Source of the DNA: Camelus dromedarius
Lineage: Eukaryota
Assembly (NCBI RefSeq): GCF_036321535.1
Contig: NC_087436.1
Span: 26,476,001-26,540,000, forward strand
DNA: 64,000 nucleotides
Reading direction: 5' to 3'
The position numbers and the translations under genes were made by a program. This document shows, piece after piece, positions 1 through 11,558 of this stretch. How positions within the stretch are numbered: the first letter of the stretch is position 1; the number at the start of each line of letters is the position of its first letter. The notes beneath the pieces were generated by a model. That model was not told where the DNA came from, did not search any database, and saw only the letters and a list, made by a program, of their open reading frames with translations.

Positions 1-130
1 TGTTTCTTATCTCATTCTAACTCAGCTGCCTCATTGTTTTGGGGTTCTGAGAGACCTACTTTATCCTTATAACAAATTCCCCTGTTTACTTAGCTGTTCA
101 AGGTGACTTTTTGTTTCTTCAGTAACCATT
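1..130 (+). mobile_element. 3' end of an old MaLR/ERVL LTR (cut by the window edge)
   Basis: ttataacaaattcccctgtttactta...tttttgtttcttcagtaacc resembles an LTR 3' terminus. Confidence 0.45.
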
Positions 131-2609
131 ATGTTGAGTAAATCAGATTCTGAATTTTTTATAATACACATTTTTTGTATCAACTTGTTCTTTTAAATCA
201 ACTCTTGGAGCTTTGTCTTCACACTACATTTGGATGGAATGTAGAGCAACTGTCATTACTTTTCCAGTTACTCTTGGATAGTAAAATGTAATACAAATAC
301 TTTAAGTAACAAAATTCACTTTAAATTGTGTTAATTAAAATATTCAGTCCCATACAATAATAAAACATCGACAACTATTATAAATGTAAGACGCTTTCCT
401 CCCACAGCCAAGTCACGCTTTAGGCAGAAACCTACAATTGAGGACTGGAATGAGAGGTATAATCAAGTTTTTAACCTCTTTTTTCATCTAAACTCTATTT
501 TCCTTCTCCTGTTAATCACCGTTGTGATTTTTCTAGAGTAAAGGAGAAGAATTGTGAGCAGAAACATTATTTTAGTGAATCTAGCTTGGCTATGATACAA
601 TTGGAACTGGCAAATACTTAAAGTTGCTTGTCCTACAAACTCTTTTATGGGTTATTTAGAAATTTTTCTCTCTTTGACTCTTTTATCAGTAGTTCCCAAG
701 ATAAAGCCTAATAATCCTTTTTTCACCTCTAGATGTGTGGTGTTACCTCATATTCTTTCTTCTGAATTATAAATATCTCTCCAGGAAGCTCTTTTGAACA
801 TGACCAAAGATGAATCCAAAGCAGCTTTCTTTTGTATGTCATTTGCATATTGTTCATAGGAAACAGGTATCTTTTACCTACAGAAATGTGTAAACTGATT
901 CCAACAAAGTCCCCTACCCATAGTTTCACTGTTAACTCAGGCAGTTAGTCAGTATCTACCTCTTTAAACTTTCTGAGCTGGTCTACCCTGTCCTCCAAAT
1001 GTTGGATACATATGATACTTTATGAAGTTCCACCCAAATTCTTTTTGTGCTTAGTTTGGTATAAGGAATAAGCATATAATCCTAGAACCCATCCTTGTTG
1101 TGTGGGGATGGAGTAAGGAGGTAGGACGGAAAACATAGCTTGACCCACAAAATTCCCCTCTAGAATCTTTCTCCAATTTCTCATGCTTTTCATGAAGTCA
1201 AGGGGGATGAGTGATTTAATAATTACAAACACAATTTGTTGTCTCCTCCTACTTTTTTGCAAGTCCAACATGGAAGGATGTGGCACCTAATTTTGGAATG
1301 TAGGCCTAAAATTCAAAAAAATCTATTTGAAAATGTGAATATTTTAAAACAAATATAACATTAACCAATACGTATTTACAATGTATGTTCCCCATTAGTC
1401 ATGACAAGGGCAAGGCCCAAATCTTTGAGTTAACTTGAGGATTCTCAGCACCTAGTTGCATACCTTGCACATAGTATGAGGTAAATAAATATATTTTTAG
1501 GATTAATGATTAAGGTCAGGTAAAATTTTAATTTAAAAAGTATCCAAATAATAGAACAATGTTTGACTTTGAGAACTGGTATATATAAGATTGTCAGAAT
1601 TAAATCCATTCATGCATGGGGATAATTTAGGGGACAGATTTCAAGAAAGACCCTCAGATGACCACAGGAAAGAGGACTTCAAATTTTGAATTATCTTTGA
1701 GTGAGACTGTTCTTCAATAGATTGCCTGTGGACTTCGGGGAACCAACTAAGGGAAATGATCACAAAGAGATATAGACTATAGAATAAGTGATATTAATTT
1801 TGCTTATTTACTTAAAGATAAATGATGCTGATATCAAGATTTTAACATTTGGGGGAGCATAGTAGGAGAGGAAGTTTCTCAAAAAAGAGAAAGTAAGTTT
1901 GTAGACAATAGAGCCATAACTAATGAACAAATTTCTATTTTTCCTTTTTTTAAAAACTAAAACCACAAAACTTACATATTCATAGCATATTTATCTAGTA
2001 GTTTGGGGTTCAAGAGTTTCAAATCTTTATAATTGATCTTATAGTTTTATTTTCATTATTTCCTTGGAAGAACACAACTTTCTGTGTAAGGACTGTATCT
2101 GCCAACACCAAGATATGGGATCTTTGAATTGAGGTGTTGCCTCATTTCTCTCTGTTAGGTTTTTCAGATAAATTTTAGAAATACTAGACAGTCCTTTTTA
2201 AAGCTCTGTATTATTTCAGAAATATTTCCTTAGCATTTTTTCTATTTTGTATTTGACCTATGTTTTGAATGCTATATTGCTCTGACACTCAAGGCAAATA
2301 AAAAATATATTTCTGACAGATTGGATTGTTGTCTTTTTTCTAGCCTGGAATTCATGTAAAATTTGACACATAATTTAAGAACAGATTCAAGAACAATTTT
2401 CCATAAACATTTTGCATTTTACTTCTTGCCAGTTTAGAAGCAGTCTACTCCATTTTCAGCTATAGCCATAAATAGATAATATAAGCAGTATAAGATCAAA
2501 CTTCAAACAAAATATAGAGTGTTATAAACTACACTAGAGAATAAGTGGTGGTTTGGATAAAATATATTTTTTGTCCATATGCCACATAGTATGATAGAAA
2601 CTTCATAAG

Positions 2610-2780
2610 ATTATTTCCTTTAAACTTCCTAATAACCCTGTGAGTTAGGCATTATACCTATATTTAATGAGTGAGCACACTGAGTTTAGAGAATTAAAAT
2701 TGTTCATTAAAGATCTCTCAACTAATAAGTAATATGCTCAAAACTCAAACCAATATTTCTTTAATTGCAAAGTGTATGAG
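2610..2780 (-). mobile_element. MIR SINE
   Basis: aataaccctgtgagttaggcattatacctatatttaatgagtgagcacactgagtttagaga. Confidence 0.65.
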
Positions 2781-3439
2781 TTTGCCTCTTTAATAATCAC
2801 ATTACATAAATTTATTTTAGGCTGCATTTTTCTAAATGCCAATTTCTTGATATATTTGTTTGTTAGACAGCTACTAGCCTGAAAGGAAATATTTGATGTA
2901 CAATATAATTCACTGTTGTGACTTTTATTTAAATACTATATATATTAAAATCAAATAAGTAAAATGGATGCCATTTAAATGAGGGATAAAAATTAAAGTA
3001 TGTCTGAGAAGTGATAATTATCAAAACTTCCAACTTTTTGATGCTATTAATAGTTGGATTGCTTACTTCTCCATTAAAAATGATGAGAAAATGCATGCAA
3101 TTTTTATTAGATTAGTAGTATTTTTCAAATTACTCTTGCTTTATCTCATTAGCAGAATGAACTCTGTTAGCCAAGCATATTTCATTAATCTACTGTTACA
3201 GAAATGCCATGGTTGCTAGTCTTTAAAAGTATTAACTTCTAAATGTATACCAATGACTATAGCTAAGTTATTTATTTTTAAGTAAATATTTTGGAGCATT
3301 GATTAATATAATACATATTTAAATATTATTAAAGAATAAATGGCTCAGAATAAACCATCTGATGTTATTACTTAAAAAGTAGTTATTGTACATCTCCATT
3401 TGAGATTTATTCTTTCTCTCACTAATTTCTTCAAATGTA

Positions 3440-4110
3440 TATGTGGAATAGTTCCATTTTGAACTTTCTATGCTATGTGCTAAAGTATAAAGGAGAGTGA
3501 GATAAAGTAATGCAACTCCTGCCCTCAGGTGGTTTATATTTGAATAGGGGGAGGTAAATTGAATGGAGGATGTTCTTTGAGGACATAACAAAGAGGAACA
3601 TGATCAAGATTTTAGAAAACTGTCTTGAGTAAGTGATGATTCAGCTGAGGTCTAAAGGATAGCTGTACAGTATATTTGTTAAGAAAAAGGTTGTGGAAAA
3701 AGACCATTCCAGACAGAGGGAGTACATATATAAAGGAGAGACTACAGTGATCCAGAGGAAGAGAAGGAAAGTGAGAGTAATAAAATATGGAGAAAAGTGG
3801 GCCAGCTTCCATATAAGTCTGGGGAAGATGACTTTTCATAAACTAGTCCTTGCAGGTCATGTGAAGAGTTTTATCCCATAAGCAATGTGAAGTTCTTGAA
3901 GAGTGTGGCCTTATTACAATAAATATTTGCAAGATTTAACTAGCTATACTTTACAGAATGGTTTGTAATGCAGCTGCATTGACAGAAAAAAATAATTAGC
4001 AGGCTGATATGTAGTAGACAAGGCCAAAGATGAAGGTGGTATTGACAAAACTAATGGAAGTAGAGATGGAGGGATATGGACAGATTTAAAAATATTTTAA
4101 GATGCAAAAG
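3440..4110 (-). mobile_element. LINE-2 3' fragment
   Basis: Antisense L2 motifs: ctatgtgct...cctgccctca, cattccagacagaggga, ggtcatgtgaagagttt, gatggagggatatggacagattt. Confidence 0.75.
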
Positions 4111-7100
4111 AACTTATAATGGATTTTTTATTTATTAGAGTAAACATTTTACAAGCTACATGAGAAATACAAAAAAGAAAATAATACGATTTTTGCATTT
4201 TAAATAACATGATAAATTTTGGATCATAAGACATTCACTTAAAAAATCAATATAGCTATTCAAAAGGCTGGTGGGTACATGAAAACATGTTCAACAGTGT
4301 TAGTTGTTTACTTCTCCTGATCTGAGATATTTGGATTCTGAAAGAAGAAACATTCTTCTTTTAATATGGCTGCACAGCGAGGAACTATCCTTGTGGGAAA
4401 TGCCCCAATTAAGACAGACAGAAAGAGGGAACCATTGGAGAAATATTTGAGAATATAGGGTAGGTTCTTAACCATGGAATAAGATTTCAGATTTTACTGA
4501 GAGAAATTTTACAACAGAAATGAAGAAAGACCATCAGAAAATGGAAAATGGTACTGAAATGAGAATTGAGGATATGATTGATTATCCCAGTGGCTCCCAC
4601 CGCAGGTATTACCCAACGGCTCCTACCTCAGGTATTAACAAGGAAATCAGTAATGTGGATTAAGTCCCATTAGTCACTTAGGTAAGGCTATGCAGGCCCT
4701 TGAGCCAACAGTACCCAAGGCACAGCCATGTCCTGTAAGGCCCAAATTGTTTTGGTTTAAATAGTTAATTTACTGCTTTGTTTGTAGTTGGTGGTGGGAG
4801 GTGAAGCACTTTCAGCAGTACCTTGAACCACAGAGCAGGCAAGTTAGAGCCACATGACCTCACAGTAAGATATTTTCAATGATCTGAAGCACTTCTGTGT
4901 TCTGCATTATGTTGGAATGACCATTGATTGTGTGGTTCCTCCATTGCATGACAATAGCCATGAAGGGGTTCTTCTTTTATACTCACATTTTATTATTCTC
5001 AATCCAGAATATTAATGAGAATGTTCTATCAAATATTGATTAATAAATCATACCCTTGTGTTTCTCAAGCAATAACCCTAGCAGAAGAGTATAAATTCAG
5101 ATATTCCTCTTGAGGTGATTTCTTAAAGCAAAGACCAAGTTTTTGTTGCTTGTAGCATTGCTACATGATTGTGAATCATAAAACAGTGGCTTTTTATTCC
5201 TTCTGGGACCCACTTTCTCAATTCAACTGTCTAATGGAATGCCACATTTTTCACAAGAACCAGAAATAGAATTGCTGGAATCACTCAAGTTTTGAAAATT
5301 AAAAGATGAAATAAGAACCTAGCAGCCATTTATCAAAGGTAGAAATCTTTTCTTTGATTTTTATGCATTTAAATATTTATATTTTTTATAAAAAATAAAT
5401 ATATTATGGAGCAGAATGCAGAATTTATAAGGCATGACACTTAATGTACATTTTGTGCTTGAAATAGAGTTTTTCATTATCCAGTGCTATTGTGGATGTT
5501 TCAGTAGGGAATTATTTGTAGGACTGCAGATGGAATTATTACAAATACAACCTTATGTCATTTTGGCTAGTCTGGTTTGGTAATAGTTGATATTTTCATT
5601 CAAATTTCCCTAAATGGTATTTTAATGATTTTTCTCCCACACCTCATCTTCCTTATCTTCCTTTCCTGCTCCAGAATCTACAAACATACCCAAGGGAAGT
5701 GAAAGGTAAACAAATAAAGAGGAAGATAGCAGACATATAGATAAGATAGGAGAACAAAATTCATGCTGCAAGATAGCAAATCCAAATGGGGATGTGATAA
5801 GTCCACTCCATTTCTAGGGAGGCAAAAAACACCAAGGAGTATCTTTAATGGGGTCATTCAGTACTAATACAATCTTATTGTCTTTGATGTTCTTCAAAAC
5901 TCTGGAATATCTTGTCCCACCCAACTTAAAGCATGGTATTTTGTGGAAGGAGGGGATGTTTTCCTTGCTAGAAGCTTATCTTCTATCCACACTAAAATCA
6001 GCATGTCTTATCCTCTGCTCAGTAATGCTAGGTGATGCAGAGAATGACTCAATAGTCAATCTGTGCTGTTGACTTGTTTCAGATCTGGTCCTGGTGTGCC
6101 TTTCTGAAACATAGCTCCATCTTTATTCACATCCTGCAGGTACTATTCAAACTAAATATGTGTAATTTGACATGAAGTTCCTTGCTAGCCTGCTATTTGG
6201 GCCTTATCTACTAGGTCACAATTCTGTGAGAGAGTTTGGGAAATGTCTCCAGTCCTCTTGTGTCTACACACATAATACCACTGTTCTACTCTACAACTAC
6301 AACTTAATGACAGTAAGAGTCTTCTTTATTAATCTTAGTTGTATCCTAGTGTCTGAATAATGGGCTCTGTCCAATGTAATTCCTTAAAATAAAGTGGAAT
6401 AAACCTTCTCCCCAGGACCTATTTCCAGGAATTGGGAGAAGGGTGCAGTGTCCCCTGTAACACGGAATCCTCCTTTTCCTTCATTTCCCATCTTTCTCTT
6501 CCATAGTTCTGTGGGTCTTAATGTATTTAGGAAGAGAGAGCAGCAATTATAGTAAAAGCTTTCACTATTTGGGTTTTTTTCTTAAATATATCAGACTTCA
6601 ATCTAGATCGGCAGCTTTTTTGCTCAGAAGTTAAATATTTCTCACATATGTTCTCAGGTCCCTCTCCAACAGCTTCCATTGGCTCATGCCTCATGACAAA
6701 AATGAAAGGTGACAGATGGAGGGGTGGTGTTGGAGAAAAGACTGCTTCAGGTAATACATCACCATATTATCCTGCTGTATATTTTTTTTTTCTTCTGTGT
6801 AAGATACAACATGTGTAAAGGCATAAATTCTTATGCTGTTTTCTGAAAATGGTTGTTGTAATAACTAGAACTTTTAATAAGACTTACCAAAAGACCAGCC
6901 CATTTCGAACAATGTTTTGAAGCTAAGGGAAATAGCATTTCAGTTTCTTAGATTAACTTTTCAGTGGCATTCTGCTAACTCTTCTTGGCAAAGACTAGCT
7001 CTTGGCTGAAAAAGAATATCTCAAGGGAAGCAAGGATCTGTGTGCCTGTGGGTACCCAGCAGGAAATTCAGTGGAAGCAATTTGAGGGCTGATCAGCATC

Positions 7101-7319
7101 TCTGAGCACAGATTGGACTGGAGAGGGAGGTCAGGGAAGAAAGGAATGGTCAAGATCTCTCTGCAGATTTTCCAGAGGATTTCAAACCAAGAAGACATTG
7201 CTAGGCCCCTCTGTGTCAAAAGCACAATTTTGAATAGCATACACTTAACATGTTCAGTAATTTTATCTCTAAGCACACAAATATATGCCTGTGTTAAACT
7301 TTAGAGCTTGTAGTACTAT

Positions 7320-7670
7320 TTCCTTTCTTTTATTCCAGTTAGCATTTTATGCCCTAGTTTATTTTCTTCTTATTATTTGACTTAATTTAAATTTTTTTGC
7401 ATATTTATTTTTTCCTTTTAATCTTTTAGTCCTTTTGTTTTTATAATCTCAGTGTTAATTGTTCTTAGTTGATTTATCTTTTCTTACATTTTTGTAAGAC
7501 TTTTATCTCATGTTTACTTTGTTCTTGTATTACTTATTTACCTAGTTTCTTCTTACCACCTTTAGGCTTTGTTTTAATTATTTCCTTTTTATGTTATCTA
7601 TTTTTTATTGTAGTTTTTAATTTTTTATTATCTTCTTTTCTTTTTCTTATCTTTATTTTAGTTTATCTTA
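7320..7670. repeat. T-rich low-complexity tract
   Basis: Strong T skew with no clear periodicity. Confidence 0.7.
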
Positions 7671-9689
7671 ATAAAACAAGCAGAGAGCACTAAAACATGT
7701 GGGGAGAGACATGAACAAAGCCTGTCTAGGCCCAAAGAAAGGGGGAGTTCTCCCTTTTTCCTGTCCATTTGATTGTTCTTGTCTCTTTCAGGGGTTGAGC
7801 CTCTACTCTCAAACTTCTTATCTTGAAAGCCTCAATTTAGAAAGGCAGTGTGGTACCGTGGTTAAGTCATGGGGATAAAACAAAACTTGAGTCACGTTAG
7901 AACTGTGCTGCTAAGGATGTTACCTAGCCTCTGCCACTTGAAGTTTTCTCTTCGGTAGTCTTAACAATAACTTTCAAATGGTGTGTGGATTAATTCACTT
8001 GAAGAATATTTACCAATTTCTGATTTCCCTTCTTCACTAATAAAAAGTCTAGGATTTGAATAACACTCAATCATGTTTCTTTCTCTATTACCCCTTAACA
8101 ACCTGTATCTACCCTCCATTAAGCAGCTGATATTGATCTCCCTTCTGTCATTTCTAGGCCAAATAGGCTATCATGGGTGATTTCATTCTTTCATTAACCT
8201 TCTGTTTTTGTTTTTGTTTTTGTTATTTTCTGACTCCTGTAACTTTTCCTCACCTTGCCAAGAGAGAGACCTGTCCTCTAAACAAGGTCTGAAACCCTGA
8301 ATTCCTGTTAAAATAGCCTAGAAGAGCCAAAGTGCTACCTATGGGCTGGTTCCTTTATTCCTGTAATATTTGTCCACTTACATTGTTCACTGATTCCAAC
8401 TAGTCCTAACCGAGCACCATATTCCACTAACAGATTTTAATAATATCCAGTATTAACTGAGTATGCTTTCTACTTGGTCTCAAATTTCTTTGCTAGAATG
8501 CTGTGAAATAAAATATTGAGGAAAGTCTCTGATTTATAATTTTAGAAGGTAATATCCAGGGCTTACTTTTGGGCAACATAATTATGAGGATCGTAAATAA
8601 TATTGTGTGTGAGTTTATTTCCTATGGAAAATGGGGCTTGCATGGGTTTCAGTGGTGTCTATCTCAGTGTGCTAATACAGTAAAAATATGGCTAATATAA
8701 ATATAGACTGAGGAAATTAATATCAATTATTTTTAGATCATTTAGTCCCAATATGAGCTTATTTCAACATATGTTTTTTCTCCTCATTAAATAGAGGCTA
8801 TATCATAATGTCTTTAACTTCAGGATACATTCATATTAACTAAAATGTGATTCTCTGGAAAAGGCAGTAAGCCATATTAATGTATTTTGGGAAAGTCTAT
8901 CTTTTACAAAACTCAACAGATCATTTGTTTACACAGGTCACTTACATTAACTAACTTATATTCTAAACTGCAGTGTTTTATTAAACTGAAGCTTTTTTCT
9001 CCTTTTGCCAAACAATTCTGGAGAACAGTATAGGTATTTTGCGTACAATTATATTGGTAATTGAATTTTTCATATCTGGATGATATGCAGTTGGTTTTCT
9101 TCCAGATGCTGAGATATGAGGAGGATAATGTTTGAATATCAAACAATGTGCTCCATAAACAAGGCACATTCTTCTAAGAATCATGATCCAGTTTCTCGCA
9201 TGAAGTAGAATTCAAGATTTTAGATGTCAAAGTCAAATCCAGCTCTTGTATCCTAGTGCTTAGTCTCAGACATCAAATAGAACTTCTAACAGTCAGCTGA
9301 CAGAGATACTTTCCACTGCCTTCCAAAAGTATTTGTCATTCTTCATTAGATTTTTTAAAAATTATTTTAATATATTGTCCTCTTTGTCCTTTGACTTCTC
9401 AACATTCAAAAACAATTCAAAACAATTATTTCTGCATCAGTAGCACTATTTGTCACATCAATTCTCTTGTCATTTACAACCTACTGTATATGACAACATT
9501 TCAAGGATACATGCTAGCACATTTTTGAGATCTTACAATTAAAGCTTTCACATTATTTTTTTTCTTTTAGGGAAGATTGTTTTGTAAGTTCAATAGGAGA
9601 ACATAGTTTTCCATTTTCATCAACTGAATTCCAGATATAAATAATATTAGTGTTTTCCTCTTATTTATATATATATTTATATATAAACA

Positions 9690-10596
9690 TTTTTTATTGA
9701 GTTATAGTCATTTTACAATGTTGTGTCAAATTCCAGTGTAGAGCACAATTTTTCAGTTATATATGAACATATATACATTCATTGTCACATTCTCTTTCGC
9801 TGTGAGCCACCACAAGATCCTGTATATATTTCCCTGTGCTACACAGTACAATCTTGTTTATCTATTCTACATTTTGAAATCCCAATCCCTTCTGACCCCC
9901 CGTCCCCCTGGCAACCACAAGTTTGTATTCTTTGTCTATGAGCCTGTTTCTGTTTTGTATTTTTGTTTTTTTGTTTTTGTTTTTGTTTTTGTTTTTTTAG
10001 ATTCCATATATAAGCGATCTCATATGGTATTTTTCTTTCTCTTTCTGGCTTACTTCACTTAGAATGACATTCTCCAGGAACATCCATGTTGCTGCAAATG
10101 GCGTTATGTTGTTGGTTTTTATGGCTGGATAGTATTCCATTGTATAAATATACCACATCTTCTTTATCCAGTCAGCTGTTGATGGACATTTAGGCTGCTT
10201 TCATGTCTTAGCTATTGTAAATAGTGCTGCTATGAACATTGGGGTGCAGGTGTCATTTTGAAGTAGGGTTCCTTCTGGATATACGCCCAGGAGTGGGATT
10301 CCTGGGTCATATGGTAAGTCCATTCCTAGTCTTTTGAGGAATCTCCATACTGTTTTCCACAGTGGCTGCACCAAACTGCATTCCCACCAGGAGTGTAGGA
10401 GGGTTCCCTTTTCTCCACAGCCTGTCCAGCATTTGTCATTTGTGGACTTTTGAATGATGGCCATTCTGACTGGTGTGAGGTGATACCTCATAGTAGTTTT
10501 GATTTGCATTTCTCTGATCATTAGTGATATAGAGCATTTTTTCATGTGCCTATTGATCATTTGTATTTCTTCCTTGGAGAATTGCTTGTTTAGGTC
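9690..10596 (-). mobile_element. 5'-truncated, relatively young LINE-1 (ORF2 C-terminus and 3'UTR)
   Basis: Open 119-aa minus ORF 10201-10560 (MKKCSISL...[19 protein letters not shown]...[17 protein letters not shown]) is the canonical ORF2 C-terminus. The 3'UTR ends in a T/AT-rich tail at about 9661-9700. Confidence 0.96.
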
Positions 10597-11558
10597 AACA
10601 TATGCAAATCAATTAAAGTGATTTCTTTTAGTGACATGTAATATACCCCTAATACTACCATGATGAATTAACTTTCTTGGACTATTTTTATTATAAGTAG
10701 ATTCCTTATACTTACCATGTCCCTTCGATTGATTAAATGAAATAAGTATGAGGTACAAAAAGCAGAAAAAGCATTTCTAAACACAACTTGGCTTAATGAG
10801 GTTGAGCACTATAATTGCTCAACATTTGAGCAACTTTGAACCTTTTGGGTTTTTTTGAATCCTTTTGGAACCTTTTGGATCTTTTACTTCAAGTGTTAAA
10901 CCAAGATGGAATCAACCAAAAGATTTCTTTGTTCATTCTTGAATTAACCTAGCTTTGTAGCAGGTAGGAAAATAACACTTGGAAAAGTCTGTATTACAGT
11001 GATGCTTTGCAGTAATGACTAATACTATTTTTTTTAATGTGAGTTTACGGTTGACTAAAACATAAGATTAATGTAGCTTACTTTCAATTTTGCAAACATG
11101 GCAAAAACAGATCAGACTAATTAGCATTTTCAAATCACTCACAGCATTGTTCATACTTAGTAATTTAGACTTTAGTAATACCCACATCTGAGAATGCATC
11201 CTGATTAAATAATTGTTTTATCTCCACATTTAATTCCATATCAAAATCTGAAATGAGAAAGACACCATTCAGGAATGCATAATGCTCATTAAGCTTTATT
11301 TGTTCATAAAATCATTTACCTTTCTTACTTGCTTTGGGCTTGAAGGCTCATGTTTATTGTGCTGAACAGCATTAATTTACAAGTAATATGATCTCATTGT
11401 CTTTATTTAGGCAGATCCTGACCATAGAACTATTCAACAGAATTATTTCAATTTGAATGACAAAACTTTTCAGCCGCAGTTCTTTCAGAAATTTTGAGGC
11501 ACATAAATAGGGCAGCTGATTATTGTTCTCCTTGAAAAAGAAACTTTAGATTAAAAAA

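Noticed and set aside
6450..6500. Minus-strand peptide EGKGGFRVTG resembling dUTPase motif 5 (RGxGGFGSTG)
   Set aside because: A single short partial match in purine-rich sequence; no other dUTPase motifs were seen nearby.
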